A stretch of DNA of 64,000 bases from Aeromonas sp. (GCA_051658125.1 JBOFMA010000139.1:4660-68659), one strand, 5' to 3'. Positions 40,406-51,829 are shown, counted from the stretch's first letter. The notes: generated by a model from the letters alone, not told the origin. A program made the numbers and translations.

Positions 40406-43120
40406 ATGTCAAATCCGCACAGCTACTCCCCGCCCCCTTATCATGCCACTGCCGCCGACATCGATGCTAAAGAAACCCTCGAATGGTTGGCCTCGCTCGA
40501 CTCACTGCTGCGCAGTGACGGTGCGCCGCGGGCGCAGTTTGTGTTAGAGCAGCTGCTGGCCCATGCGCGGCACTGTGGCTTAGCAATGGGCGCCAGTCGC
40601 CCAGCCGCCGAGGGGCTGCGGCCGGATTATCTCAACAGCATCGCGGCCAGTGATGAGCCGGCGTATCTCGGCGATCTGGCCATTGAGCAGCGCATTCGCG
40701 CCATTATCCGCTGGAATGCAATGATGATCGTGCTGCGCGCCTCACAAAAAGATCTGGATTTAGGCGGGCACCTCTCCTCGTTTGCCTCTTCGGCCACTTT
40801 GTATGATGTCTGTTTTAACCACTTTTTCCGCGCGCCCAATGGCGCCGATGGCGGCGATCTGGTGTATTTTCAAGGCCATATTTCCCCAGGCATTTATGCC
40901 CGCGCCTTTGTCGAAGGGCGCTTAACTAGCGAGCAATTGGATAATTTTCGCCAAGAAGTTGGTGGCGGCGGCTTGCCTTCTTACCCGCACCCCAAGCTGT
41001 TGCCGGAGTTTTGGCAATTTCCCACGGTATCGATGGGCCTTGGGCCGATCTGCGCCCTGTATCAGGCGCGTTTTTTAAAATACTTAACCGATCGCGGCCT
41101 AAAAGCGGACACGGGGCAAAAAGTGTATGCCTTCTTAGGCGATGGCGAAATGGATGAGCCGGAAAGCAAAGGCGCCATCACGGTGGCGGCGCGCGAGCGG
41201 TTAGATAACTTGGTGTTTGTCATCAACTGCAATTTGCAGCGCTTAGATGGCCCTGTGATTGGTAACGGCAAGGTGATCAATGAGCTGGCTGGTATTTTTG
41301 CTGGCGCCGGCTGGGAAGTGATCCAGGTGATCTGGGGCAGTGGCTGGGACACGCTATTGGCCAAGGATACCAGCGGCAAATTAGTCCAGTTGATGAATGA
41401 AACCTTAGATGGCGATTACCAGACTATGAAATCGCGCGATGGCGCCTATGTGCGCGCGCACTTTTTTAATCGCTACCCAGAAACGGCAGCGCTGGTGGCC
41501 GACTGGAGCGATGAGCAGATCTTTGCCTTAAATCGCGGCGGGCATGATCCGTGCAAACTGTTTGCCGCCTTTAGCCGAGCGCGCACCAGCGTAGGCAAAC
41601 CGGTGGTGATTTTGGCCAAAACCATCAAAGGCTATGGTATGGGCGAGGCGGCGGAGGGCAAAAACATTGCCCACCAAGTGAAAAAAGTTTCGCTCGATTC
41701 GGTGCGCCACCTGCGCGATCGCTTTGATTTGCCGGTGGCCGACAGCGATTTGGCGGCGCTGCCCTATTTGAGCCTCACCGAAGGCAGCCCCGAGCATACC
41801 TATTTGCATACCAAACGCCGCGCCTTGGGCGGCTATGTGCCGAGTCGCCGGCGCGAAAGCCAAGTGGCGCTCAGCGTGCCAGAACTTGCGCTATTTGCGC
41901 CGCTACTTGGCGAGCAAGCCCGCGAGATCTCCACCACCATGGCCTTTGTGCGCAGCTTAAATCTGCTGCTTAAAGATGACAGTTTGGGCAAGCGTATTGT
42001 GCCGATTTTGGCCGATGAAGCGCGCACCTTTGGTATGGAAGGGCTGTTTCGCCAGATCGGCATTTACAGCTCGCACGGGCAAAACTACATCCCGCAAGAC
42101 AAAGAGAGCGTGGCTTATTACAAAGAAGATAAGCAGGGGCAGATCCTACAAGAGGGCATCAACGAGCTCGGCGCCATGGCCTCGTGGCTGGCGGCAGCCA
42201 CCAGTTACAGCACCCACGACTGCCCAATGCTGCCGTTTTATATCTACTACTCGATGTTTGGCTTTCAGCGGGTGGGCGATTTGGCTTGGGCTGCGGGTGA
42301 CAGCTGCGCGCGCGGCTTTTTGCTTGGCGCCACCGCTGGGCGCACGACCTTAAATGGCGAAGGGCTGCAGCACCAAGATGGTCACAGCCATATTCTGGCC
42401 AGCACCATTCCCAACTGCATCGCATATGACCCCGCGTATGCCTATGAAGTGGCGGTGATTTTGCAAGATGGCTTGCGCCGCATGTATGGCGCAGCGCCGG
42501 AAAATGTCTTTTATTACCTGACCCTGCTCAATGAAAACTATGCCATGCCGGCTATGCCTGCGGGTGCCGAAACGGGCATAGTGCGCGGTATTTATCCGCT
42601 CGAACAGGTGCCGGTGGCCAGCGGCGCGCCGGTGGTGCAACTGCTCGGCTCAGGCGCGATTTTGCGTCATGTGCGGCAAGCGGCGCAAATTTTGGCGCGC
42701 GATTATGGCGTGGCCAGTACGGTGTTTAGCGTCACCTCGTTTAACGAATTGGCCCGCGATGGCCAAGATTGCGCGCGCTGGAATCGCTTGCACGCCAACT
42801 TACCGCCGAAAGTGGGCTATTTGCAGCAAGCCTTGGCCGCCTTACCCACGGTGGCCGCCACCGATCACATGAAAGCCTATGCCGAGCAGGTGCGTGCGTA
42901 TGTACCCTCGGCGCAGTTTGAGGTGCTCGGCACTGATGGCTTTGGCCGCTCAGATAGTCGCGCTAATTTGCGCCGCTATTTTGAAGTGGATGCCGCGCAC
43001 ATAGTGCACGCCGCCTTATATCAACTGGCGCAAAGCGGCGCGGTGAGTCTGGATGTGCTCGCGCGCGCGCAAGCTGAGCTCGCGATTGCGGGCGATAAAC
43101 CTAATCCGCGTAATGCCTAA
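40406..43120 (+). CDS. aceE: Pyruvate dehydrogenase E1 (homodimeric type)
   Basis: LGGHLSSFAS, FQGHISPG, QFPTVSMGLG, GDGEMDEPES (TPP binding) and EGLQHQDG motifs. Confidence 0.97.
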   Translation: MSNPHSYSPPPYHATAADIDAKETLEWLASLDSLLRSDGAPRAQFVLEQLLAHARHCGLAMGASRPAAEGLRPDYLNSIAASDEPAYLGDLAIEQRIRAIIRWNAMMIVLRASQKDLDLGGHLSSFASSATLYDVCFNHFFRAPNGADGGDLVYFQGHISPGIYARAFVEGRLTSEQLDNFRQEVGGGGLPSYPHPKLLPEFWQFPTVSMGLGPICALYQARFLKYLTDRGLKADTGQKVYAFLGDGEMDEPESKGAITVAARERLDNLVFVINCNLQRLDGPVIGNGKVINELAGIFAGAGWEVIQVIWGSGWDTLLAKDTSGKLVQLMNETLDGDYQTMKSRDGAYVRAHFFNRYPETAALVADWSDEQIFALNRGGHDPCKLFAAFSRARTSVGKPVVILAKTIKGYGMGEAAEGKNIAHQVKKVSLDSVRHLRDRFDLPVADSDLAALPYLSLTEGSPEHTYLHTKRRALGGYVPSRRRESQVALSVPELALFAPLLGEQAREISTTMAFVRSLNLLLKDDSLGKRIVPILADEARTFGMEGLFRQIGIYSSHGQNYIPQDKESVAYYKEDKQGQILQEGINELGAMASWLAAATSYSTHDCPMLPFYIYYSMFGFQRVGDLAWAAGDSCARGFLLGATAGRTTLNGEGLQHQDGHSHILASTIPNCIAYDPAYAYEVAVILQDGLRRMYGAAPENVFYYLTLLNENYAMPAMPAGAETGIVRGIYPLEQVPVASGAPVVQLLGSGAILRHVRQAAQILARDYGVASTVFSVTSFNELARDGQDCARWNRLHANLPPKVGYLQQALAALPTVAATDHMKAYAEQVRAYVPSAQFEVLGTDGFGRSDSRANLRRYFEVDAAHIVHAALYQLAQSGAVSLDVLARAQAELAIAGDKPNPRNA

Positions 43121-43144
43121 CGGCCACAGAAAGGAACTCTGCTG

Positions 43145-44455
43145 ATGACAACAGTGATGAAGGTACCGGATATTGGCTCTGATGCCTTGGAAGTAACCCA
43201 AATTTTGGTCGCCGTTGGCGACAGCGTGGCCGCCGAGCAAACCGTACTGGCGGCAGAGGGCGACAAAGCCGCCATGGAGATCCCCGCCAGCCAAGCAGGG
43301 GTAGTGCGGGCCATTTTGCTTAGCGTCGGCGACAAAGTCACCACCGGCACGGCGATGTTAGAAATTGAGCCACTGGGCGCCACCACGCCTGCGCCGGTCA
43401 GTGAACCGGTGGCCTTCGCGCCTCATGTCGCCCCTGTGACCGTCGCGCCTGCCGCTGCTGCCCAAGTGCCGGCCACGGCTGCGCCAACCATGCCGGCGAT
43501 GCCGGCCGTTGCAGGATCTGAGTCCGCAGCCCTTGATCCCGCCACGCCGACTCATGCGGCGCCGGCGGTGCGCCGCTTGGCGCGGGAATTTGGCATTCCG
43601 TTGGCGCGAGTGCACGGCTCGGGGCGCAAAGGGCGCATTGTCAAAGAAGACTTGCAGCACTTTGTGCAGGCCGCCTTAAGCCAGCCCACGGCGGCGGCGC
43701 CAAGCGGGGGCCTAGTGCTATTGCCATGGCCACAAATTGATTTTGCCCAATTTGGCGCCACTGAAAGTGTGCCGCTTACGCGCATTCAGCAGGTATCGGG
43801 AGCCAATTTGCTGCGTAACTGGGTCACCATTCCCCATGTGACGCAATTTAACGAGGCCGATATCAGTGAGCTAGAAGCGTTTCGCAGCGCGCAAAATCAA
43901 GCGCTGGCCAACCAAGCTGGCGCGACTAAGCTCACGCCGCTGGTGTTTATCTTAAAGGCCGTGGCCCTCGCCCTGCTCGCGCATCCGCGTTTTGCCAGTT
44001 CGTTGGCAGCCGATGGCAAGTCTTTGATCTTAAAGCGCTACGTGCATATCGGCGTGGCGGTAGATACGCCCAATGGCTTGGTGGTGCCGGTGGTGCGCGA
44101 TGTGGATAAAAAAGGTCTGCGCCAACTAGCGCAAGAGCTGGCCGAGCTGTCGGCCAAAGCGCGGGCTGGCAAATTGGCGCAAAGCGAAATGCAAGGCGGC
44201 TGCTTTACTATCTCTAGCCTCGGCGGCTTAGGCGGCAGTTTTTTCACGCCGATTGTCAACGCGCCGGAAGTGGCTATTTTGGGCGTGGCGAAAAGCGAAA
44301 CCAAGCCGCAGTGGGATGGCAGCGGTTTTGTGCCGCGGCTGATGTTACCGCTCGCTTTAAGTTACGATCACCGCGTGATTGATGGCGCCGCTGGGGCGCG
44401 CTTTATCAGTGACTTAAGCGCCCTGCTGGCCGATTTGCGCCGCTGGGCGCTGTAA
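43145..44455 (+). CDS. aceF: Dihydrolipoamide acetyltransferase E2 with one lipoyl domain
   Basis: One EGDKAAME lipoyl motif, HAAPAVRRLARE subunit-binding domain, SYDHRVIDGA catalytic motif. Confidence 0.96.
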   Translation: MTTVMKVPDIGSDALEVTQILVAVGDSVAAEQTVLAAEGDKAAMEIPASQAGVVRAILLSVGDKVTTGTAMLEIEPLGATTPAPVSEPVAFAPHVAPVTVAPAAAAQVPATAAPTMPAMPAVAGSESAALDPATPTHAAPAVRRLAREFGIPLARVHGSGRKGRIVKEDLQHFVQAALSQPTAAAPSGGLVLLPWPQIDFAQFGATESVPLTRIQQVSGANLLRNWVTIPHVTQFNEADISELEAFRSAQNQALANQAGATKLTPLVFILKAVALALLAHPRFASSLAADGKSLILKRYVHIGVAVDTPNGLVVPVVRDVDKKGLRQLAQELAELSAKARAGKLAQSEMQGGCFTISSLGGLGGSFFTPIVNAPEVAILGVAKSETKPQWDGSGFVPRLMLPLALSYDHRVIDGAAGARFISDLSALLADLRRWAL

Positions 44456-44506
44456 CGTGGGTTGACCCCATTTAATCGATAACAAAAACAACACGATGAG
44501 GTCGTT

Positions 44507-45943
44507 ATGGACAACACCCTTCAAGCGCAGTTAACCACGCAAGTTTTGGTGCTCGGCGCCGGCCCCGCCGGTTATTCAGCGGCGTTTCGCGCCGCCGATT
44601 TAGGTTTAGATGTTGTGTTGGTGGAGCGGCACGCCCGCTTGGGCGGCGTGTGCTTAAACGTAGGTTGTATCCCGTCAAAAGCGCTGCTGCATGTGGCCAA
44701 AGTGATTGAAGAGGCTAAAGCGCTGGCCGATCACGGCATCGTATTTGGCGCGCCGCAAACCGATATCCATAAGTTGCAGGTGTGGAAAGAAAAAGTCGTC
44801 GGACAGCTCACCCTGGGGCTTTCGGGCATGGCCAAGCAGCGTAAAGTCAAGGTGTTGCAAGGCGAAGCGCATTTTACCGGCAGCCACAGTGTGCGCGTGA
44901 CCGCGGCCAGCGGCGTGACCGAGGTGAACTTTAGCCATGCGATTATCGCCGCGGGTTCGCGCCCGATCACCTTGCCGTTTATCCCCCATCAGGATCCGCG
45001 GGTATGGGATTCCACCGACGCCTTGGCGCTGGCGCATGTGCCGGGGCATTTGCTGGTGCTCGGTGGCGGGATTATTGGCCTTGAGATGGCAACGGTGTAT
45101 TCGGCGCTCGGCAGCAAAATTGATGTGGTGGAATTTGCCGACCAACTGGTGCCGGCGGCCGATAGCGATGTGGTGCAGATCTATACCCAGCGCGTGGCGC
45201 ACAAATTTAATCTGATGCTAGAAACCAAAGTGGTGGCGGTGGAAGCCAAGCCTGAGGGGCTGTTTGTCTCCTTTGAGGGCAAGAATGCCCCCGCCACGCC
45301 CGTGCGCTATGACAACGTGCTGGTGGCGGTGGGACGCACCCCCAATGGCGCCTTGCTGGGCGCGGACGCTGCGGGTGTCGCGGTGTCAGATCGCGGGTTT
45401 ATTAGCGTCGATAAGCAGATGCGCACCAATGTGGCGCACATTTTTGCCATTGGCGATATTGTTGGCCAGCCGATGCTCGCGCACAAAGGCGTGCACGAGG
45501 GGCACGTGGCGGCGGAGGTGATCGCTGGTAAGGCACACTACTTTGAGCCGCAGGTGATCCCCTCGATTGCCTATACCGAGCCAGAAATTGCCTGGGTTGG
45601 GCTAACGGAAAAAGAGGCCAAAGCGCAGGGGCTGGCAATTGAGGTGGCGCGCTTCCCGTGGGCGGCCTCGGGCCGCGCGGTGGCCTCCGATTGCAGCTAT
45701 GGTTTAACTAAGCTTATTTTGGATCCGGCGACGGGGCGCGTGCTGGGCGGCGCGATTGTCGGCACCAATGGCGGTGAGTTACTTGGTGAAATTGGCTTAG
45801 CGATTGAAATGGGCGCCGATGCCGAAGATCTGGCTTTAACTATTCACGCCCACCCGACGTTACACGAATCGGTAGGGCTGGCGGCCGAGGTTTACGAAGG
45901 CTCGATTACCGATCTGCCCAATGCCAAAGCGGTGCGCCGCTAA
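44507..45943 (+). CDS. lpdA: Dihydrolipoamide dehydrogenase E3
   Basis: GAGPAG, CLNVGCIPSK and HAHPTLHE motifs. Confidence 0.98.
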   Translation: MDNTLQAQLTTQVLVLGAGPAGYSAAFRAADLGLDVVLVERHARLGGVCLNVGCIPSKALLHVAKVIEEAKALADHGIVFGAPQTDIHKLQVWKEKVVGQLTLGLSGMAKQRKVKVLQGEAHFTGSHSVRVTAASGVTEVNFSHAIIAAGSRPITLPFIPHQDPRVWDSTDALALAHVPGHLLVLGGGIIGLEMATVYSALGSKIDVVEFADQLVPAADSDVVQIYTQRVAHKFNLMLETKVVAVEAKPEGLFVSFEGKNAPATPVRYDNVLVAVGRTPNGALLGADAAGVAVSDRGFISVDKQMRTNVAHIFAIGDIVGQPMLAHKGVHEGHVAAEVIAGKAHYFEPQVIPSIAYTEPEIAWVGLTEKEAKAQGLAIEVARFPWAASGRAVASDCSYGLTKLILDPATGRVLGGAIVGTNGGELLGEIGLAIEMGADAEDLALTIHAHPTLHESVGLAAEVYEGSITDLPNAKAVRR

Positions 45944-46069
45944 GTGCGGGTTAATCTCGCGTCGGTGAGCTTCACGCCGCACAGTGCTGGGCGCTAAGCA
46001 CAAGTTGTGCCGGTCAAAGTCAAGGCGCCATAATGGCGCCTTGTGTGTTAACCCAAACAGAGCAATGCA

Positions 46070-46627
46070 GTGATGGTAGTAAACAGAGATGCCGCGGCTA
46101 ACGCGAGCCAAGGTGACGAGATAGATGCGCTATCTAGCCACGATCTTGCCCAGCAACTTGGCGCTGCGCTGCGCGCGCGGCATTGGCAGGTGACCTGCGC
46201 CGAATCGTGCACCGGTGGCGGTGTGGCGGTGGCAATGACCGCTATTGCCGGCAGTTCGGCGTGGTTTGAGCAGGGCTTTGTCACCTATAGCAATGCGGCA
46301 AAAACTGCGCAGCTCGGCGTGGCGGCGGTGCTGTTGCAGGCGCATGGCGCGGTGAGTGAAGCGGTGGTGCAGGCGATGGCCCTAGGTGCACGCCAGCGGG
46401 CGGGCGCGGATGTAAGCGTGGCGATCAGCGGCATTGCCGGCCCAGACGGCGGTAGCGCTGAAAAACCCGTCGGCACCGTGTGGCTGGCGTGGAGCACGGC
46501 TAGCGGCGTGCAAGCACAATGCTTTATCTTTGCCGGCGATAGGCACGCGGTGCGTACGCAGGCCGTGCAAGCCGCGCTGGCGGGGCTATTGGCAACGGTC
46601 AATGACGCGGCGGTAGCAGAAAACTAA
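46070..46627 (+). CDS. pncC: Nicotinamide-mononucleotide deamidase (CinA C-terminal family)
   Basis: CAESCTGG, GSSAWF..GFVTYSN.AK, GAVS and SGIAGPDGG..KPVGTV motifs; upstream of recA. Start codon uncertain. Confidence 0.9.
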   Translation: MMVVNRDAAANASQGDEIDALSSHDLAQQLGAALRARHWQVTCAESCTGGGVAVAMTAIAGSSAWFEQGFVTYSNAAKTAQLGVAAVLLQAHGAVSEAVVQAMALGARQRAGADVSVAISGIAGPDGGSAEKPVGTVWLAWSTASGVQAQCFIFAGDRHAVRTQAVQAALAGLLATVNDAAVAEN

Positions 46628-46635
46628 ATCGAGGC

Positions 46636-46663
46636 TTGATACTGTATATGTAACCAGTATAAT
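46636..46663 (+). promoter_or_regulatory. recA promoter with LexA (SOS) box
   Basis: TTGATA-16 bp-TATAAT enclosing taCTGtatatgtaacCAGta (46640-46659). Confidence 0.93.
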
Positions 46664-46705
46664 TGCCGCCAATTTCACTCATAGTTCGCAAGTTAGGAGA
46701 GTGCC

Positions 46706-47776
46706 ATGGATTCAAATAAGCAAAAAGCCCTTGCCGCCGCGCTGGGTCAGATCGAAAAGCAGTTTGGCAAAGGCTCAATCATGCGTTTGGGCGACAGCAA
46801 AACCATGGATATCGAAGCGGTTTCCACTGGGTCTTTGTCGCTGGACGTGGCGCTGGGCATTGGTGGCCTGCCTTGCGGGCGTATTGTCGAAATCTATGGC
46901 CCTGAGTCTTCGGGTAAAACGACCTTGACCTTGCAAGTGATTGCCGAAGCGCAGAAAAAAGGCAAAACCTGTGCTTTTGTGGATGCCGAGCACGCGCTCG
47001 ATCCGGTCTATGCGGCCAAGCTGGGCGTTAATGTGGATGATTTGCTGATCTCCCAGCCCGATACCGGTGAGCAGGCGCTGGAGATCTGCGACATGCTGGT
47101 GCGCTCTAATGCCGTGGACGTGATCATCGTTGACTCGGTGGCGGCGCTGACGCCGAAGGCCGAAATTGAAGGCGAAATGGGCGACTCTCACGTTGGCCTG
47201 CAGGCGCGTTTGATGTCGCAAGCGCTGCGTAAGTTGACCGCAAACATCAAAAATGCCAACTGCTTGTGCATCTTTATCAACCAGATCCGGATGAAGATCG
47301 GGGTAATGTTCGGTAGCCCAGAAACCACCACTGGTGGTAACGCGCTGAAGTTCTACGCCTCGGTGCGTTTGGATATTCGCCGGATCGGTGCCATCAAAGA
47401 GGGCGACGAAGTGGTGGGTAACGAAACCCGCGTTAAAGTGGTGAAAAACAAAGTGGCGCCGCCGTTTAAGCAAGCCGAGTTCCAAATCCTGTATGGCAAA
47501 GGCATTTCTAAAGAGGGCGAGTTGGTCGACTTGGGCGTGAAATACAAGGTGATCGACAAAGCGGGCGCTTGGTATAGCTACAACGGCGAGAAAATTGGCC
47601 AAGGTAAAGCCAATGTGATGAAGCTATTTGGCGAAAATAAAGCCATGGCCGCCGAGATTGAAGGCAAGCTGCGTGATCTGCTGCTGTCGGGCAAAATTGA
47701 AGCGCCATTGGCCAATTTAGATGCAGATGCGTCAGGTGACGATGAATTGCCCGATTTTGGCGATTCAGCCGAGTAA
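46706..47776 (+). CDS. recA: Recombinase RecA
   Basis: [17 protein letters not shown] and KNKVAPPF motifs. Confidence 0.99.
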   Translation: MDSNKQKALAAALGQIEKQFGKGSIMRLGDSKTMDIEAVSTGSLSLDVALGIGGLPCGRIVEIYGPESSGKTTLTLQVIAEAQKKGKTCAFVDAEHALDPVYAAKLGVNVDDLLISQPDTGEQALEICDMLVRSNAVDVIIVDSVAALTPKAEIEGEMGDSHVGLQARLMSQALRKLTANIKNANCLCIFINQIRMKIGVMFGSPETTTGGNALKFYASVRLDIRRIGAIKEGDEVVGNETRVKVVKNKVAPPFKQAEFQILYGKGISKEGELVDLGVKYKVIDKAGAWYSYNGEKIGQGKANVMKLFGENKAMAAEIEGKLRDLLLSGKIEAPLANLDADASGDDELPDFGDSAE

Positions 47777-47783
47777 TCTTGCG

Positions 47784-47808
47784 AAGGGCGCCGTAAGCGC
47801 CCTTTTTT
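47784..47808 (+). terminator. Terminator between recA and recX
   Basis: AAGGGCGC-CGTAA-GCGCCCTT followed by a T tract. Confidence 0.8.
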
Positions 47809-47844
47809 GTCGGCGTGTGTCAGCCCATTGAAGGAGTGTTAATT

Positions 47845-48381
47845 ATGCCTGCTGCTGAAAGCCATCCGCCGGCCCGCCGCGCCCGCGCGCAACCTGTCGA
47901 TCCGGCCACCTTATCCCCCGCCGAGCAACTTACCGCGGCGAAAAACTATGCCATGCGCAGTTTGGGGCGGCGCGAAAGTGCCGCCAGCGAATTGGCGAGT
48001 CGCTTAAAGCAGCGCGGCTTTAGCGCGCCGATTATCGCCGAGGTGGTGGCGTTTTGTGTGGCGCAGCAGTGGGTGGATGATGGGCGCTTTGCCGCTATGT
48101 TTGTCCGCGCCGGCGCGCAAAAAGGCCAAGGCCCGAGCAAGATCCGATTTGAGCTGCGCCGCAAAGGCTTAACCGATACCCAGATTGTTGCCGCGTTCGA
48201 GCAGCCAGAGCTTGATTGGTTTATGCAAGCGCACAGTTTGCTGGCGCGGCGCGCGCCTCTTGCCGATCTGCAGGATTTTAAGCGGCGCGCCAAATGGCAG
48301 CGCTATTTGTTTAGCCGTGGCTTTAGCCAAGATCAGGTGCGCTACGCGATAGACACCTGCTTGCACGGCGACGAGGCTTAG
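47845..48381 (+). CDS. recX: Regulatory protein RecX
   Basis: LGRRESAASELASRL, VDDGRFA, GPSKIRFELRRKG and YLFSRGFS motifs. Confidence 0.93.
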   Translation: MPAAESHPPARRARAQPVDPATLSPAEQLTAAKNYAMRSLGRRESAASELASRLKQRGFSAPIIAEVVAFCVAQQWVDDGRFAAMFVRAGAQKGQGPSKIRFELRRKGLTDTQIVAAFEQPELDWFMQAHSLLARRAPLADLQDFKRRAKWQRYLFSRGFSQDQVRYAIDTCLHGDEA

Positions 48382-48518
48382 CGCGGGCACGGGCGCATAA
48401 ATTTTTCCCCGTGCCGATGTGCACGGGTTTTACTTTACGGATGAGAAAATTTACATTAGCGGCCATCCATTTTTCCTAGCCGCTTGGCTGTCAGCCTTTT
48501 TATCCAACAGGATGTTTC

Positions 48519-51146
48519 ATGCAGCACATGTCCACTTCCGAGATCCGCGCCGCGTTTCTTGACTACTTTAATCGCCAGGGCCACCAAGTGGTCTCCTCGA
48601 GCTCGCTCGTTCCGCATAATGACCCGACCTTGCTGTTTACCAACGCAGGCATGAACCAGTTCAAAGATGTGTTTTTAGGCGCCGACCAGCGCGCGTATAA
48701 CCGCGCTACCTCATCGCAGCGCTGCGTGCGCGCCGGCGGCAAACACAACGATTTGGAAAACGTAGGTTACACCGCCCGTCACCACACGTTTTTTGAAATG
48801 CTCGGCAACTTTAGCTTTGGCGATTACTTCAAAGTTGATGCAATTAAATTTGCTTGGGGCTTTTTGACCGAAGTGCTGCAACTACCAGAAGAGCGCCTGT
48901 TGGTCACTGTGTATGCCAGCGACGACGAAGCGTTTAACATCTGGGAAAAAGAGGTCGGTGTCCCAGCCGATCGCATCGTGCGCATTGGCGACAACAAGGG
49001 TGCCCCCTATGCCTCAGATAACTTCTGGGCGATGGGCGATACCGGTCCGTGCGGTCCGTGCACCGAAATCTTCTTTGACCACGGCGATCACATCTGGGGT
49101 GGCCCTCCAGGTTCAGCAGAAGAAGACGGCGACCGCTTCATCGAGATCTGGAACGTGGTCTTCATGCAGTTTAACCGTCAAGCCGACGGCCGCATGGAGC
49201 CGTTGCCACGCCCATCGGTTGACACCGGCATGGGCTTAGAGCGTATTGCCGCCATCATGCAGGGCGTGCATTCCAACTACGAAATCGACATTTTCCAAGC
49301 GCTGATCAAGCGTGCGGCGGCGATTGTCGGTTGCGATGATTTAGGCAACCAATCGCTGCGCGTGATTGCTGACCACATCCGCTCGTGCGCCTTTTTGGTA
49401 GCCGATGGCGTGATGCCGTCCAATGAAGGTCGTGGCTATGTGCTGCGCCGCATTATTCGCCGCGCCGTGCGTCATGGCCGCAAATTGGGCGCCACCGAGG
49501 TATTTTTCTATCAGTTAGCTGCTGAATTGGCCGAGCAGATGAAAGATGTCGCCGGTGAGCTGATTGCCCAGTTGCCACAAGTTGAGCGTGTGCTGCGTTT
49601 GGAAGAAGAGCAGTTTGTGCGCACCTTGGATCGCGGCTTGCTGCTGCTTGAAGACGTGCTGGCCAATTTAGGCGATGCGCAAGAGATCCCCGGCGATGTG
49701 GTGTTTAAGCTGTATGACACCTATGGCTTCCCTGCTGATTTAACCGCCGACGTCGTGCGTGAGCGCAACTTAAATATTGATGAGGCCGGCTTTGCCGCCG
49801 AGATGCAAAAGCAGCGCGCCCGCGCCAAACAAGCCTCAAGCTTTGGCATCAACTATAACGACGTGCTGAGAGTCGACTTAGACACGCCGTTTGTCGGCTA
49901 TGAGTGTCTGAGTGCTAGCAGTAACGTCGCTGCGCTGTATAAAGACGGTGCCGCGGCCAGTGCGCTTATCGCTGGTGAAACCGGTGTGGTGGTGTTAAAT
50001 GAAACGCCATTTTATGCCGAATCTGGTGGTCAGGTTGGGGATGCCGGTCGCCTGCAATTTGACGATGGCCTGTTTATCGTCACCGATACGCAAAAAGCCG
50101 GTAAAGCTATTATTCACCACGGTTATGTCGAGCTCGGCAGCTTAGAGCAGGGCATGGCAGTGGCGGCACACGTTGATGGCGTGCGTCGCCAAGCCACCGC
50201 GCTGAATCACTCCGTGACCCACTTGCTGCACAGCGCGCTGCGCAATGCCTTAGGCGAGCACGTGAGTCAAAAAGGCTCATTAGTGGGCCCACAGCGTATG
50301 CGCTTTGACTTTGCCCATTTTGCAGCGGTCGATAGCGCTAGCCTGCGCCAGATTGAAGCGGCAGTGAACCAGCAAATTCGTGCCAACCATGTTATCGCGA
50401 CGCAATTGATGAACTTGGATGCTGCCAAAGCTGCCGGCGCTATGGCGCTGTTTGGTGAGAAATATGATGACGACGTGCGCGTAGTGAGCATGGGCGATTA
50501 TTCCACCGAATTGTGTGGCGGCACCCACGCCAGCCGCACCGGTGATATCGGCCTGTTTAAGATCGTGAGCGAAAGCGGTATTGCTGCTGGCGTGCGCCGG
50601 ATTGAAGCGGTGACCGGCCAGGGCGCGATTGAGTTTTTGCATCAATTGGGCGAAAGCGTGGATGAAGCGGCTGCATTAGTGAAAGGCGATGCTTTCTCGC
50701 TGGCGGAAAAAATGCGCCAAGCCTTGGACAAATCCAAGCAGCTTGAGCGTGAGTTGGCGCAGCTCAAAGCTAAATTGGCCGCGCAAGCGGGCAGCGATTT
50801 GGCCAGCCAAGTGAGCCAAATCAACGGCCAGCAAGTGCTGATCGCCACCTTAGACGGCGTTGATCCTAAGTCGTTGCGCGGTACCTTAGATGAGCTGAAA
50901 AACCAGCTCAAATCAGCGGTGGTGCTGCTGGCGACCTCGGGCGAGGGTAAAGTAAACCTCATTGCTGGGGTGACCGATGATTTAACCGCGAAAGTGAAAG
51001 CGGGTGATCTGGTTAAACTAGTGGCCGAACTGGTCGGCGGTAAAGGCGGTGGTCGTGCCGATATGGCGCAAGCCGGCGGCAGCGATCCGGCGGCCGTGCC
51101 AGCGGCGCTCGACGCGGCGCGCGCATGGCTTAGCCAGCAGCTCTAA
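48519..51146 (+). CDS. alaS: Alanine-tRNA ligase
   Basis: [42 protein letters not shown] and ELCGGTH motifs. Confidence 0.99.
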   Translation: MQHMSTSEIRAAFLDYFNRQGHQVVSSSSLVPHNDPTLLFTNAGMNQFKDVFLGADQRAYNRATSSQRCVRAGGKHNDLENVGYTARHHTFFEMLGNFSFGDYFKVDAIKFAWGFLTEVLQLPEERLLVTVYASDDEAFNIWEKEVGVPADRIVRIGDNKGAPYASDNFWAMGDTGPCGPCTEIFFDHGDHIWGGPPGSAEEDGDRFIEIWNVVFMQFNRQADGRMEPLPRPSVDTGMGLERIAAIMQGVHSNYEIDIFQALIKRAAAIVGCDDLGNQSLRVIADHIRSCAFLVADGVMPSNEGRGYVLRRIIRRAVRHGRKLGATEVFFYQLAAELAEQMKDVAGELIAQLPQVERVLRLEEEQFVRTLDRGLLLLEDVLANLGDAQEIPGDVVFKLYDTYGFPADLTADVVRERNLNIDEAGFAAEMQKQRARAKQASSFGINYNDVLRVDLDTPFVGYECLSASSNVAALYKDGAAASALIAGETGVVVLNETPFYAESGGQVGDAGRLQFDDGLFIVTDTQKAGKAIIHHGYVELGSLEQGMAVAAHVDGVRRQATALNHSVTHLLHSALRNALGEHVSQKGSLVGPQRMRFDFAHFAAVDSASLRQIEAAVNQQIRANHVIATQLMNLDAAKAAGAMALFGEKYDDDVRVVSMGDYSTELCGGTHASRTGDIGLFKIVSESGIAAGVRRIEAVTGQGAIEFLHQLGESVDEAAALVKGDAFSLAEKMRQALDKSKQLERELAQLKAKLAAQAGSDLASQVSQINGQQVLIATLDGVDPKSLRGTLDELKNQLKSAVVLLATSGEGKVNLIAGVTDDLTAKVKAGDLVKLVAELVGGKGGGRADMAQAGGSDPAAVPAALDAARAWLSQQL

Positions 51147-51151
51147 TAGGT

Positions 51152-51183
51152 AAAAAAATCAGCCGGCACTTGCCGGCTGATTT
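51152..51183. terminator. Terminator after alaS
   Basis: AAATCAGCCGGCA-CT-TGCCGGCTGATTT hairpin. Confidence 0.75.
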
Positions 51184-51389
51184 AATTTATTCAAAGATAG
51201 CTAATGGTTTGGATCGACGTGCGTCCGACCATTAAGCGGCAAGGCATTGGCGAGTTGGCTAAAGTTGTTCTGCCCAGTGCTGTGTGGCGATGGGGCGGCG
51301 GGCAATCAAATGATTGTTTTTGCTTTATTCCATTTACCCTATCGCTATCTTTGTAAGATAATGGCCGACCCTATTGAAAAAATAACAAC

Positions 51390-51403
51390 ACAGGATACAG
51401 GAG
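51390..51403 (+). promoter_or_regulatory. Tandem CsrA-type ANGGA sites overlapping the csrA Shine-Dalgarno
   Basis: ACAGGATACAGGAG immediately upstream of the ATG; consistent with known csrA autoregulation. Confidence 0.55.
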
Positions 51404-51410
51404 CAAGAGC

Positions 51411-51599
51411 ATGCTTATTTTGACACGTCGCGTAGGGGAAACCCTGATGATCGGTGATGAAGTCACCGTGACGGTCTTAGGCGTAAAAGGGAACCAAGTA
51501 CGCATTGGCGTGAATGCCCCAAAAGATGTTTCCGTGCATCGCGAAGAGATCTACCAGCGCATTCAAGCGGAAAAAGAGCCAGAAAGCGGCAATTTCTAA
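51411..51599 (+). CDS. csrA: Carbon storage regulator CsrA
   Basis: [44 protein letters not shown]. Confidence 0.99.
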   Translation: MLILTRRVGETLMIGDEVTVTVLGVKGNQVRIGVNAPKDVSVHREEIYQRIQAEKEPESGNF

Positions 51600-51625
51600 G
51601 CGTTGTTTGTCAGCACGACCCAGCA

Positions 51626-51660
51626 ATAAGGCGACCTTTTCCAGGTCGCCTTATGTTTTT
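51626..51660 (+). terminator. Terminator after csrA
   Basis: ATAAGGCGACCT-TTTCC-AGGTCGCCTTAT followed by GTTTTT. Confidence 0.8.
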
Positions 51661-51789
51661 CCGGTACCAGACAAATTGCAGTGAGGTGATAAAAATCACC
51701 TTAACTATCTGTAACTTAAGCAAAATTGTGTTCTTTTTGCCCGTTTCGCTCAAAATTACGCCGAACGAACTTATTTTTCAAAAAAGTGT

Positions 51790-51817
51790 TTGACGAAAAT
51801 TTTTATCAGCGTATTAT
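51790..51817 (+). promoter_or_regulatory. Sigma70 promoter for the tRNA-Ser/Arg operon
   Basis: TTGACG-16 bp-TATTAT, preceded by A/T tracts (UP-element-like). Confidence 0.8.
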
Positions 51818-51829
51818 CAGACCCGTAAC

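Noticed and set aside
46775-47602. 275-aa ORF antisense to recA
   Set aside because: It mirrors recA codon for codon on the opposite strand, a common artefact of biased codon usage; no RBS or recognisable domain.
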